Below are positions 28,413 to 40,400 of a DNA stretch of 64,000 nt, piece by piece (the first letter of the stretch is position 1; the number at the start of each line of letters is the position of its first letter). This stretch comes from Octopus sinensis. Taxonomy: Eukaryota. The stretch spans positions 32,798,001-32,862,000 of the forward strand of contig NC_043013.1 in assembly GCF_006345805.1 (NCBI RefSeq), in the 5' to 3' direction. A program made the translations under genes and the position numbers. The notes under the pieces are model-generated. The model ran no database searches. It saw nothing but the letters and a program-made list of their open reading frames with translations, and had not been told where the DNA came from.

Positions 28413-29029
28413 AATAATAATAATAATAATAGTTTGAAATTTTCACGGAATGCTAGCTGACTGTGTCAGTCGTAACCAAGATGGAAGGGTCAATTTGCAT
28501 TATGCGCTATTTATGTGAAAAACCCTAAATGTTAATCTTTACTCTTAATTCACCTGAAGAAAAAGGTTTTTTTTCTTTTTACATGATGTAATAATTTTGT
28601 TCATTAAATAAAAACATGTCTGAAACTGTTGTAGTGAACCACAATTCTTCTATGTTAACTTTTTATACTTCACTACACTCAAACCCTTCCCTGCGTTGAA
28701 TCTTGAGCCTATGAAACACGTGCCGGAGTGTACTCCTGTGTGAATTTGAGTACACATTGTGTATTTTGGTCTATACTTGCGAATGTATGCATTTCTAGGG
28801 GCAACAAATCCGCATATACTTCAGCAAGTAGTTGTGTGTCCGTACACAGTGTTAGTGCGCAGGTACGCTATTCCCGACTCCACACTGGGGCCTTTGTTAT
28901 TTAAATACTTGATTCTATCCTGAAAACTATACACACACAGATACACATACACACACACATGCTCGCGCGCACATACGCAAGAACACACACACACACACAC
29001 ACACAGACATGTCTGTGTGTATGTGTTTG

Positions 29030-29262
29030 ACTTCTGTTTGTCCCCACCATCGCCTGACAGCCGGTGTTTACGTTCTAATAAATTTGCGGTTCGGTTAAAC
29101 AGAACGGTAGAAAAAGTATCAGACTTAAGAAGACAAAAAAAACAAAATAAAAAAGAATAAAACTGGTATTGAGATCAATTCATTCGACTAAACTTTCTTG
29201 AAGGTGGTGCTCCAGCACGGCCGCAGTCTAATGACTGAAGCAAATGAAGGAAAGAATGTAAA
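29030..29262 (+). mobile_element. 3' half of family-C SINE
   Basis: tttgtccccaccatcgcctgacagccgg...ggtgctccagcacggccgcagtc matches the 13862-14090 copy. Confidence 0.75.
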
Positions 29263-29349
29263 TCTATATATTTACACACACACACACACACACATACACA
29301 CACACACACTGTCTATCTATCTGTCTACATATCTATCTATCTATCTATC

Positions 29350-29389
<40 letters not shown>

Positions 29390-29809
29390 AAACACACACA
29401 CACACACACACACACACGCAAGCACACACACACACAAACACAATGTGTGCGATGTGTTGAGCCATATTAATCGGTGGACGATTTATCATGGAGATTCAGT
29501 TAAGAAGTTGAATTGGATTGTGAAACAGATGGTCTTCATTCGTGGAATTTAACCAATGTGCATAACTCTGCCTATGTGATTAGATTCTATTGAAATATTT
29601 AATTACATCTGCAAAGGAATAGACAAAGTGTACCGCTATCTAAACCAGCGATTATGACGAGTGCACACCATCGCCACATGCTCTATGAGTTGCACATTGA
29701 AAGAACTGCATCCAAAATTGCAAATGCTAAAAATAAGTAGTGAAGAAAAAGTAACAGAAAAAAATGATTCATTCGAAAATGTCAATTGAATGAAACTATT
29801 AAACAGTAC

Positions 29810-30030
<221 letters not shown>

Positions 30031-30042
30031 CTACGATAGTCG

Positions 30043-30454
30043 ATGGCAGTGATGACGATCAGATTGGTGATGATGGTGGTGACGATGATGAGGATGAGGA
30101 TGGAGATGATTATGATGATGATGATGATGAGAATGACGACCATAATGATGATAACGCAGATGATAAGGATAATGATGAAGATAATGCTAATGATGGCAAC
30201 GAGGGCAAATAATGAAAACGACGACGACGATGATGATGGTGATGATGATGAAAGCAGTGATGATAGTAATGATGATGATGATGATGATAATGATGGTGAA
30301 AATGATGATAAGGGTGATGATGATGGTGAAGATGATGATGGTGAAGATTATAGTGATGATGATGAGGGTCATGATGATGATGGTCATGATGATGATGGTC
30401 ATCATGATGATGGTCATGATGATGGTGGTGATGATTATGGTGATGATGATTGTG

Positions 30455-30486
<32 letters not shown>

Positions 30487-30496
30487 GATGGTGATA

Positions 30497-30544
<48 letters not shown>

Positions 30545-30600
30545 CTGATGGTGATGCTGCTGCTGCTGCTGATGGTGATGACGATTATGGTGATGGTGAT
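30043..30600. repeat. (GAT)n/(GGT)n compound microsatellite
   Basis: Direct reading; poly-D and poly-M ORFs are artefacts. Confidence 0.95.
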
Positions 30601-30821
30601 TAAAAGCATTACAATTATCGTCGTGGGCCTCATTAGCTAAATACTAAAGTAATTATCATCAGTCTCCACTGTCTTTGCCTCAATCCCTATTTACCAGTAA
30701 TTACTATGTGCCTTTACGCTTCTTGCCCTCGTTCCACAAATAATGATCTGCTTTTCTTCCTTCCGAGGTCAAGACAATACCTTTCGTCTCCTGAAATCTA
30801 GCTTTACCTATTATTATTATT

Positions 30822-31737
30822 ATTCAATAGTTTTATTTTTATAGCGTGCTTTCACTTCACTACCGAGCGCAGCTCTGTGTGCCTTGGGTATGTGCTGTGA
30901 TTTGTTGTGATGCTCTGATGGTTATCGTATGGAAAGTGTTCTGCGTAGGATGTGTGCAGTGCTTAGTAGTGCAATTTTCTGTATGTTATATGTGTTTGTA
31001 AGTTCTGGTGTTTTTGTTATGTATTTGTCTGAATATTTTTTTATCATGCCTAATGCACCTACTATGATAGGAATCGTTTCTGTTTTCAGATTCCACATTC
31101 TAGTTACCTCTATTTCCAGGTCTTTGTATTTTGAGAGTTTCTCCATTTCTTTTAGAGACACGTTGTCATCAGCCGGTATTGATACATCAATTAGAAAGCA
31201 TTTTTTTTCTTCATGGTCTCTGACAACTATATCTGGTCTGTTGGCCTTAATTTCTCTATCTGTGTGTATCGGCATATCCCAGAGTATGGTTGCTTTCTCG
31301 TTTTTTGTGACCTTTTCTGGGTGTGCCTATACCATCTTTTTTCTTTGTTTATTCCATAGTGTTGGCATAGCTTCCAATGTATGTAGGTTCCAACTCTGTC
31401 ATGTCTGTGAATATATTCCTTCTTAGCCAGGACTGGACAGCTAGAGATAATATGATTTATTGTTTCTTGTCCATCTCCACATATTCTGCAGTTACTTGTA
31501 AATTTCTTTTCATTACATGTTTTTGGTATTTCTGGTGGGGAGGCTTTGGTCTTGTGCTGCAATTAAAAATCCCTCTGTTTCTGCTTTGAGTCCTGAGCTT
31601 CTCAACCATTGCTGGGATTTTTCTTTGTCTATTTCTTTTGCGTTTAGTTAGTGCAGTATTTACCATGAAGGGGCTTCTTCTTGCCATCGTTTTATCATGG
31701 TTCGTTGCTGTTCTATTTTTAGTTTGGATTTCATTTG

Positions 31738-31741
<4 letters not shown>
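30822..31741 (-). mobile_element. 5'-truncated R4/Dong element, family 2 (CCHC finger, REL, 3' UTR), frameshifted
   Basis: WLRSSGLKAETEGFLIAAQDQ, CRICGDGQETINHIISSC, RHDRVGTYIHWKLC and NRPDIVV...LIDVSIP pieced across frames; (TTA)n at both ends. Confidence 0.92.
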
Positions 31742-31792
<51 letters not shown>

Positions 31793-31879
31793 TATTATTG
31801 TTGTTGTTGTTTTTTGTTGTTTTTATTTTTGTTGTTGTTGTTGTTGTTTTGTTGTTGTTGTTATTATTATTATTATTAA

Positions 31880-31939
<60 letters not shown>

Positions 31940-32116
31940 CATCATCATCATTATTATTATTATTCAGAACTTCGAAGATGAATTACTGGAACTTCTAAAG
32001 AATAATTAGACGACACTTGATTGGCTATTAACAAAAAATAAGACCGATCATTTCACGAAGTTCCTATGGTTTCTCCAATGAGCGTATTTTTACACATAAG
32101 CTAAATATACCTTATA

Positions 32117-32422
32117 TACAATGGACGGATAGGTATCCTCCTCTTGTCTGTTATTATCACAACGTTTTGACTGATGTACTCTCCAGCCTCCATCAGGTGT
32201 TCTGGTGGAATTTCAGACACAACCCTTTATTTGACTCATAGTGTACACTGTTCTAATTCCTAATGTTGCTGATGTTGGTGAATGAGAAGAGTCTTCCCCA
32301 TGAGTCAAATAAAAGGATGGGTTCGAAATTCCACCAGGACACCTGATGAAGGCTGGAGAGTACATCAGCCGAAACGTTGTGATAACAACAAACAAGATGA
32401 GGACACATATCCGTCCATTGTA
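32117..32422. mobile_element. Palindromic Penelope-like terminal fragment (123-bp arms, 60-nt spacer)
   Basis: 32117-32239 is the imperfect reverse complement of 32300-32422; contains a hammerhead motif. Confidence 0.75.
32340..32381 (+). ncRNA. Minimal type-I hammerhead ribozyme motif
   Basis: CAC-CTGATGA-A-GGCTG-(10 nt)-CAGCC-GAAA-CGT-T-GTG: complete core, 5-bp stem II, 3-bp stem I, palindromic ACGT stem III. Confidence 0.7.
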
Positions 32423-32560
32423 AATAACGTACATAATTCCTCATCTCAAAAATATAGAATAGTAATATGCAATTATGTAATTAACATAATTACACGACTT
32501 CTTTGAACATATTTATCCATAAGCACGTCATATCAATAGTGTAGGTTTTAGTAGGTAGTA

Positions 32561-32943
32561 GGAAGCACTCCGTCGGTTACGACGACGAAGGTTCCTGTTG
32601 ATCCGAATCAACGGAACAGCCTGCTCGTGAAATTAACGTGTAAGTGGCTGAGCACTCCACAGATACGTGTACCCTTAACGTAGTTCTCGGGGATATTCAG
32701 CGTGACACAGAGAGTGACAAGGCCGGCCCTTTGAAATACAGGTACAACAGAAACAGGAAGTAAGAGTGAGAGAAAGTTGGGGTGAAAGAGTACAGCAGGG
32801 ATCATCACCATCCCCTGTCGGAGCCTCGTGGAGCTTTAGGTGTTTTCGCTCAATAAACACTCACAAACGCCCGGTCTGGGAATCGAAACCGCGATCCTAT
32901 GACCGCGAGTCCGCTGCCCTAACCACTGGGCCATTGCGCCTCC
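32561..32943 (-). mobile_element. Near full-length tRNA-derived SINE family B
   Basis: Minus-strand head GGAGGCGCAATGGCCCAGTGGTTAGGGCAGCGGACTC...GTTTCGATTCCC (A and B boxes); homologous to 39905 and 49225. Confidence 0.9.
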
Positions 32944-32974
32944 ACAGTTTAGGTTTTAATATTCCTCTGACATA

Positions 32975-33160
32975 AGGCGGCGAGGTGGCAGAATCGTTAG
33001 CACGTTATGCTTACCGGTATTTCGTATATCTTTACGTTCTGGGTTCAAATTCCGCCGAGGTTGACTTTACCTTTCATCATTTCGGGGTCGATAAATTAAG
33101 CATCAGTTGCGTGGTGGGGTCGACTGGTCACCTCCCCCAAAATTTTGGGCCTAGAGCAAA
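32975..33160 (+). mobile_element. Family-A SINE, head-to-head with family B copy
   Basis: Homology to other copies. Confidence 0.85.
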
Positions 33161-33777
33161 AACGAATATTCCACTGACAAACGTCTGGCATTATGTTTGC
33201 CATATTTATTTTAAATTTCCCAAGATTTGTATTCTCCGTTTCGGAACCATTAGGATCCGAATTTATGATCCCTGAATTTGGGTTCTCTGATGAGATTTTA
33301 GTGTAGAAGAAACTTGTGATATCAATCCTCATTTCAGGTTACCTAAGAAACTGACGCTTAATGCATAATAATTATTCCTACGGCAAGCATAAACTTTATT
33401 AAACCAATAAATATATATTATACGTAACCATTCTCTGTTGGAACAACGTGTGTTTGATGTATGTTTGAGTATGTAATTATGCTTGTATGTATATGCATGC
33501 GTACGTGTGTTTATGAATGTGGGTGTATGCACGTGATTACGGAACATCTTTACTTTCAAAAACATGTAAAATTGAAGAAGCGGCTGGGTTTCAGTTTCTT
33601 CTTATTTTTTCTGAGACTAAAATTAAAGTAAATAGAAGAAATCATCCCAGACGAAGATTAGATTAGATTATAGTCGTGCCTCGTGTAATACAACACACTC
33701 ACACGAAAGCATATATATCAATGCTGACTAATTTCCAAGCTTCAGTCAGTTTCTAGCAACCTGATGTATATGCATAG

Positions 33778-34754
33778 TGGAGGGGAGGTACGACGACGAG
33801 CTCGGAGCGAACCTGGACGTCGACGAGGAGTACCTGACCCGCCTGTTCAGGACGACTTTCGGGCCAGGGCCCATGGACAACTTCCAGAGATCCCTGGCCT
33901 GGCAGTGCTACCGAGAAGCGCTACCCGTTCGGGATAAGCTCTACAGACACGGCTCGAGAACACGGGGCCGACCTGCCGAGATGCGGTCAGAGAGACGAAA
34001 CCGTTCTGCACGCACTCGTGCAGTGTCCAACAATTCCGACCTGTGGGCTTGTGTCGAACAACTGCTGTCACGTGTGGGACGAGTCGGTTATCAGCTGAGT
34101 CTATCGTCAATATTGTCACGCCTCCTCCTTCAAACGGGAAGGAAGAGCTATTTTCACCATCCTTGTGGCTATGGCGAAAGAATGTATCTGGTGGACGCGT
34201 CTGAAAGGATTGGAGACAAACACTTTCCTCTCTGGTCAATCTCTCATCAACTTCTTCAAGTACCACTTGAAAGGAAAGTGAGAGTAGAGAGGCAAGTTTT
34301 GTCTAGCGAATGTTTTAAAAAAAAGATGGGTGAATGTAGCAAGAAAAGCACGTATGAATGACGAAGCCACCTTGAGCATGATCCTATGAACCCGAAATTG
34401 AAAACAGAGAGTTGCTTATTTGCAAAAAAAAAAAAAAGAAATATAACAAGTGACTCCATTGACCGAGGTTACCGTGGTCTTTTCCGTAGGCTTTTTTTCC
34501 ACGGGTAAACCTCACCTGTCCTCCCCTTTACACTTCATATTGACATTTCTGTGATAACGATCCCTATTGATCAATTTTTTTTTCCTCTCCCCCTTTTCTT
34601 TTTAACCCCCCTTTTTTTGTCCTCTTTCTCTCTTTTACGATCCCTTTTGATCGAAACTCCCCCTTCCTTTTTTTTTTTTTAACCTTCAAAAGAAAAGCTC
34701 TACCTTGTAATTTGTTCTATCTGTGTGCAGCCCTGTGTGGCTAATAAAGAAACA
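33778..34754 (+). mobile_element. 5'-truncated L1/Tx1-clade LINE (zf-RVT C-terminus plus 3' UTR), frameshifted
   Basis: AWQCYREALPVRDKLYRHG followed, after a frameshift, by RCGQRDETVLHALVQCP; pyrimidine-rich 3' UTR ending AATAAAGAAA before (TA)n. Confidence 0.85.
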
Positions 34755-34804
34755 TATATGAATATATATATATATATATATATATGAATATATATATATA
34801 TATA

Positions 34805-36256
34805 TATATTCCTCCCTTATTCCACTTCCGTTCTTCCCTCTCCATCCGTCCCCCCCCCCTTTCTACGTTTCTCTATCTCTCTCACCTCCAGCCCCCTCGA
34901 TCTGTCTCTTTCCTCTCCTCCCTCGTCCCCTCTCTCCCTTTTCATCTGTCCCTTTTCCTGTCTTTTTTCTCACGTGACAGCTAGCCGCTGTTGAGCGCTC
35001 TTTTCGTTTTCAGCAGCCTCAGAAGCAACACGGATTTGTTCGTCTCCCCGTGGCCTTTAGGCACAACTTCACAAGCCAGCCCCTACTCAAATCGTCCTGT
35101 CGAAAGACCCTTGTCCTACGTCCTGGTTTTGTTTTGTGTTTATTTTTTATTTTTACCGTTATTGTTTTTACGTTTTTGTATTCTTATTGGTGTCACGTAT
35201 TCTGTATTTTTGTTTGTGTACTTCGATCGTTTTCCGTCCTTTCGTTGTATACATTCGAAGCTTTCTTCCAGGGGATCTAATGCGCTTGGCTTAGATTTCC
35301 CTTGGCGGGCTAGGCCATATCGGAGCAATCTCAAGATTAATCAGCCGAAATTGCTAAGATGATCTGGTTCTTGACTGATGACTGAGGGCTTCGAATGTTC
35401 CCGTCCTGTGGTTCTTGTGTCGTCTCTGTGGTGTTTCATGTTCTTGTCCATGTCTGTATTTAATTTTACTGTTTACCTATATAATCGGCGGCTACGTATC
35501 CACAATTGTCCTTATACGATAAGTATATTTTTTTCTCAAGCTTGATACGACTCTTAATCTGTCTCTTTTTCTCTCTCTCTCCTCCTCCCTTATTCCACTT
35601 CCGTTCTTTCCCTCTCCATCCGTCCCCCCCCCCTTTCTAACGTTTCCTATCTCTCCACCTCCAGCCCCCTCGAGCTGTCTCGTCTCTCCTCCTCTCCTCC
35701 TCGTCCACCTTCTCTCCCTTTTCATCTGTCCCTTCTCCTGTCTTTTGTTCTCACGTGACAGCTAGCCGCTGTTGAGCGCTCTTTTCGTTTTCAGCAGCCT
35801 CAGAAGCAACACGGATTTGTTCGTCTCCCCGTGGCCTTTAGGCACAACTTCACAAGCCAGCCCCTACTCAAATCGTCCTGTCGAAAGACCCTTGTCCTAC
35901 GTTCCTGGTTTTGTTTTGTTGTTTATTTTTTATTTTTACCGTTATTGTTTTTACGTTTTTGTATTCTTATTGGTGTCACGTATTCTGTATTTTTGTTTGT
36001 GTACTTCGATATCGTTTCCCGTCCTTTCGTTGTATACATTCGAAGCTTTCTTCCAGGGGATCTATGCGCTTGGCTTAGATTTCCCTTGGCGGGCTGGCCA
36101 TATCGGAGCAATCTCAAGATTAATCAGCCGAAATTGCTAAGATGATCTGGTTCTTGACTGATGACTGAGGGCTTCGAATGTCCCGTCCTGTGGTTCTTGT
36201 GTCGTCTCTGTGGTGTTTCATGTTCTTGTCCATGTCTGTATTAATTTTACTGTTTA

Positions 36257-36262
<6 letters not shown>
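34805..36262 (+). repeat. Tandem duplication of a roughly 680-bp unclassified element ending TTTACC-(TA)n
   Basis: 34805-35482 and about 35580-36262 align throughout, differing mostly by 1-2 nt indels. Confidence 0.9.
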
Positions 36263-36300
<38 letters not shown>

Positions 36301-36653
36301 GGTTCCCGGTGAGTCGGAGTTAACCACAGTAAATAAGGTACTCAATACATAGCAGAGTAAATTAATTTATTTTATAGATATACCAAAACACACACATATA
36401 TATATATATATATATACATATATATACGCATATATATGTATATGTATATATATGTATATATGTAAAAGTTAAAAAAATACACAAACAGGGACAAGAACGT
36501 GAAACATTTAGAAGACGACAAAAAACACATGTATATGTATGTATGTATATTTATATGTATATGTATGTATGATATTTATATATATGTATATGTATATTTA
36601 ATTATATATGTATATATGTATATATATATATCTGTCTGTCTATCTATCTATCC

Positions 36654-36720
<67 letters not shown>

Positions 36721-37307
36721 AATATATCTATGTGTATTCATGTATATTCAGTTGAATGGAAATGACATCAATTAAGTGAACAATGGACCAGAGAATCCTT
36801 AAACCTTACACAGACATAACAATTAAAATTGTTTCCGATTTTATGAACTTTAGAGTAAAAGTCACAATTGCAACATCAGCAACAACCACCGCTACCACAA
36901 CAACAAAAACAACAGAAAGTTATTTCGTTGAAAAGTAAAAATCAAAATAATGATTAAAAAAATAGATAGTAAAAAATGTAAAATAAAAACAACAACAAAA
37001 CATTAACGACATAAAAACCAAAAAAAGTACAATACTGAATAAATCTGATGGTATTGAACGTCTGGAGTGGATTGCTTTAACTTCACATTAAATCTGTTCT
37101 GGAAGACTGGCAAAAGTCACGATAATTAGCCGCATAGTTTTATTGTCCATCGAATGGATATCAATTTTTATCCACCTTATATTGGCGCATTGATTTTGCT
37201 TTATTTATTTCTTTTCTTAGGTTTTTGCGTTTCTGAGAGTTCATTTAACGTTCTTGTGTCTTTTTGTATTCACCGAGTTACAATTTTCCCGCCATTCGTA
37301 TCTGTAT

Positions 37308-37358
<51 letters not shown>

Positions 37359-37527
37359 GTCATCTGTATATCCGTAGCTCTCTGCCTTCATCTGACCCCG
37401 CTTCTCTATATTTCTCTGTCACAATGTTTGTGTGACTTTGTAATTCTCTGGCGCTATGATTCTCTCTGTTTATAACTTAAAAAAAGTTTAGACGGATCTA
37501 TCTATCTGTCTGTCTGTCCATCCATCC

Positions 37528-37655
<128 letters not shown>

Positions 37656-37665
37656 CTCCATCCAG

Positions 37666-37697
<32 letters not shown>

Positions 37698-38379
37698 TTA
37701 TCTATTTATCTATCTCTTCGCAAACACTCCCACACACAGTCATGTATACAGACACACATACAGACACACACAGACACATACATACACACACACACCACGC
37801 ACTCACACTGTGGTTGAATACTGCATAACGCATGTCACAGTTTAACGCAAAGTCAGTACAAACACAAGCCTACCAGCATTCAAAGGTATTCCGGTCACAA
37901 CCGTACAATCTATTTCTAGATAATGCATCCAGGATAACATTAAGCAGCATGTCTCGCATTTCGCGGGTAGAGTCGTGCTGGAGAAATCTAAACGCGGTGA
38001 AATATCAACGCCTATACAACTGTGACCATCTAATTTTAGCGATATTTATCGCGGGTAAATTTGTTATAGAAGACGATTGAGTTTGATTTGAAGGCGATTT
38101 TACTGCTATTTCTAACAGGTTAAACGAGCATTAAGATGCCTTGCGATTGTATCGGCTTTGTTACTACCATTGATAGTATTGGAGACAGTATTGATGGTGC
38201 TGGTGGCGACAGCGTTGTTAAATTGTTACTAGGGGAGGTAATGACGGAGTTAGTTATACAGACGATGATGGAAGCGGTAATGAAGATGACTGTGGTATTA
38301 CGATGCGTTGATGGAAAGTTGTTTCTGGCTTTAAGTACAATAAAACTGGAGGATCAGTTCATTATGATTTTATTCAACA

Positions 38380-38777
38380 CTAGCAGTATCGCCCGGCGTT
38401 GCTCGGGTTTGTAAGGGAAATAACTATATAAGCATTTTTAGAGATGTAAAGAATAATAGCCATCTCAATATGGCTAACCACAAAGGGGGGAGGTGTTACT
38501 GTAGCTTTTTACGTTCTGAGATTTAATAATAAATTTTTAGAGAGTTACTTCCCTTATATATGCCAAAAATGCATTAAAAATGGGAAAAATTGATGGTAAT
38601 TTTTTTTTTAAATCGTAGACTCATCGTAGACGCGCGCTAATACCCAGAAGGGCTCGATATGAATCACGACTATAAGATACCCGGTTTTGGTTAAACTGCA
38701 CCGCAAAATGTGGGAGTAGTTAGGAATCTAAATCGTAGGAGACAGACAACACATAACCTCACTTTTATATATAAAGA
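38380..38777 (-). mobile_element. Non-autonomous Helitron (398 bp)
   Basis: Minus strand begins A|TCTTTATATATAAAAG and ends CCCGAGCAACGCCGGG (hairpin) CGATACTGCTAG|T; AT insertion site, no TSD. Confidence 0.88.
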
Positions 38778-39023
38778 TATCCCCCTCTCATATTCACACT
38801 TATTGCAGCGGTCCTTCAGTTATTTTCTAATCCCTGTAGAACTCAGACGTTTGAGACTCCTACGAGGCCTTTCATGATGCCCTTACAACCAGGAACTTTT
38901 CAGCACCCCCTCGTATTTCATTGGTATTGGTGCTGGTGGTAGTCCTGATATTCAGGTTTGCATTAATGGTGATTATATTGGCAGTATTGTTGTTGGTGTT
39001 CAGGCTGGTGTTTATAAGGCTAA

Positions 39024-39256
39024 TGGCGAGCTGGCAGAAACGTTAGCACGCCGGGCGAAATGCGTAGCCGTATTTCGTCTGCTGCTACTTTCTGAGTTCA
39101 AATTCCGCCGAGGTCGACTTTGCCTTTCATCCTTTCGGGGTCGATTAAATAAATACAAGTTGCGCACTGGGGTCGATATAATCGACTTAATCCGTTTGTC
39201 TGTCCTTGTTTGTCCCTTCTGTGTGTAGCCCCTTGTGGGTAGTAAAGAAATAGGTA
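39024..39256 (+). mobile_element. Family-A SINE with Tx1-like tail
   Basis: Head, core, then TAATCCGTTTGTCTGTCC...GTAAAGAAATAGGTATT. Confidence 0.88.
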
Positions 39257-39399
39257 TTATTTGTGTTTAGGCTTGTGCTGGGGACTGAGTTGCTTGTGTT
39301 GGTGTCGATATTTCACGTCAATCGTTGCGTTGATGTTATTGTTAATGTCAATAAAAAGGTGCTGTATTGGTTGATCTTATTGGGATTAGCATTAGAATT

Positions 39400-39730
39400 G
39401 GCGAAGTGGCTAGAGCGTCGAGAACACGATTGTGAGGTTGTGAGTTCGATTCCCGGACCGGGCTGCGTGTTGTGACTTTGAGCAAGACATTTTATTTCAC
39501 GTTGCTCTAATTCACTCAGCTGTAGAAGTGAGTTGCGAAGTCACGGGTGTCAAGCTGTATCGGTCTTTGCCTGGAAAGGCGGAAATTCGTATGCATGAGA
39601 GACTGCTGGTCTTTCATAAAAGCAACCCTAGGTTGTGCGTTCGCCGGTGAAGCGACTTTCCGCTCAGACTTGTACCCGGGAAGGGAACCTCTTAGGCGCA
39701 GCCATGGTCTTTCGTGACACACGGTGCCGA
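39400..39730 (+). mobile_element. CORE-type tRNA SINE (family D)
   Basis: B box GAGTTCGATTCCC; TTGAGCAAGACATTTTATTTCACGTTGCTC core. Confidence 0.8.
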
Positions 39731-39838
39731 GTTACCTATCTATCTATCTATCTATGCAAATATATATGTATATAATATATATATATATATATATATAATA
39801 TATTTGTGTGTAGTGTGTATGATTGTACGTGTGTACGC

Positions 39839-39882
<44 letters not shown>

Positions 39883-39904
39883 TATATATATCTATATATA
39901 CATA

Positions 39905-40115
39905 GAGGCGCAATGGCCTAGTGGTTAGGGCAGCGGACTCGCGGTCGCAGGATAGCGTTTCGATTCTCAGACCGGGCGTTGTGTGTGTTTATTGAGCGAA
40001 AACACCTAAAAGCTCTACGAAGCTCCGGCAGGGGGTGGTGATCCCTGCTGTACTCTTTCACCACAATGGCGGTGCCCCAGCATGGCCACAGCTCAAGAGC
40101 TGCAACTGGAAAAAC
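39905..40115 (+). mobile_element. Family-B SINE 5' half fused to family-C-type tail
   Basis: Matches the 32943 head to ttcaccacaa (about 40066), then ggcggtgccccagcatggccacagc. Confidence 0.75.
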
Positions 40116-40323
40116 AAAAACAAACAAACAAACATACATATATATATATAGTATATACAGTTTGATGCGATCGCACAGGATTATCATGAAAAGCGTTCCA
40201 GCCTTGACAAACACATTTAACTTTTTAGAAATAAGTTACCTTCTGCTTCATCGTCCAACATCAACCTTCTGTTTTAATAAAGATTATATTAACATTTTGT
40301 GAAGACATCGGTTCTATTTCCAG

Positions 40324-40400
40324 TCAGTCCATTCTGCGGGTATTTCTAGATCAATAGCCACAAATTTTGGCTATTACAAAACTAAATTTCCTGATGAAAG
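40324..40400 (+). other. Candidate internal coding exon (SVHSAGISRSIATNFGYYKTKFPDE)
   Basis: ttctatttccag acceptor, AAG|gtaagg donor, one open frame. Confidence 0.3.

Noticed and set aside
30043-30640. Acidic poly-D and poly-M ORFs resembling biomineralisation proteins
   Set aside because: (GAT)n repeat; no signal peptide, splice context or non-repetitive domain
32890-32943. tRNA gene (also other SINE heads)
   Set aside because: A/B boxes are present, but they run into SINE bodies without a full cloverleaf or acceptor stem
33645-33730. CAGACGAAG...GAAAGC hammerhead-like spacing
   Set aside because: Core mismatch and no convincing stems I or III
35375-35405. CTGATGA...GAATGTT as a functional hammerhead
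   Set aside because: Two extra bases before a marginal stem II and GAAU instead of GAAA; kept only as an architectural hint
40324-40360. VHSAGISRS resembling the dual-specificity phosphatase loop VHCxAGxSRS
   Set aside because: One residue short and lacks the catalytic Cys; no surrounding similarity
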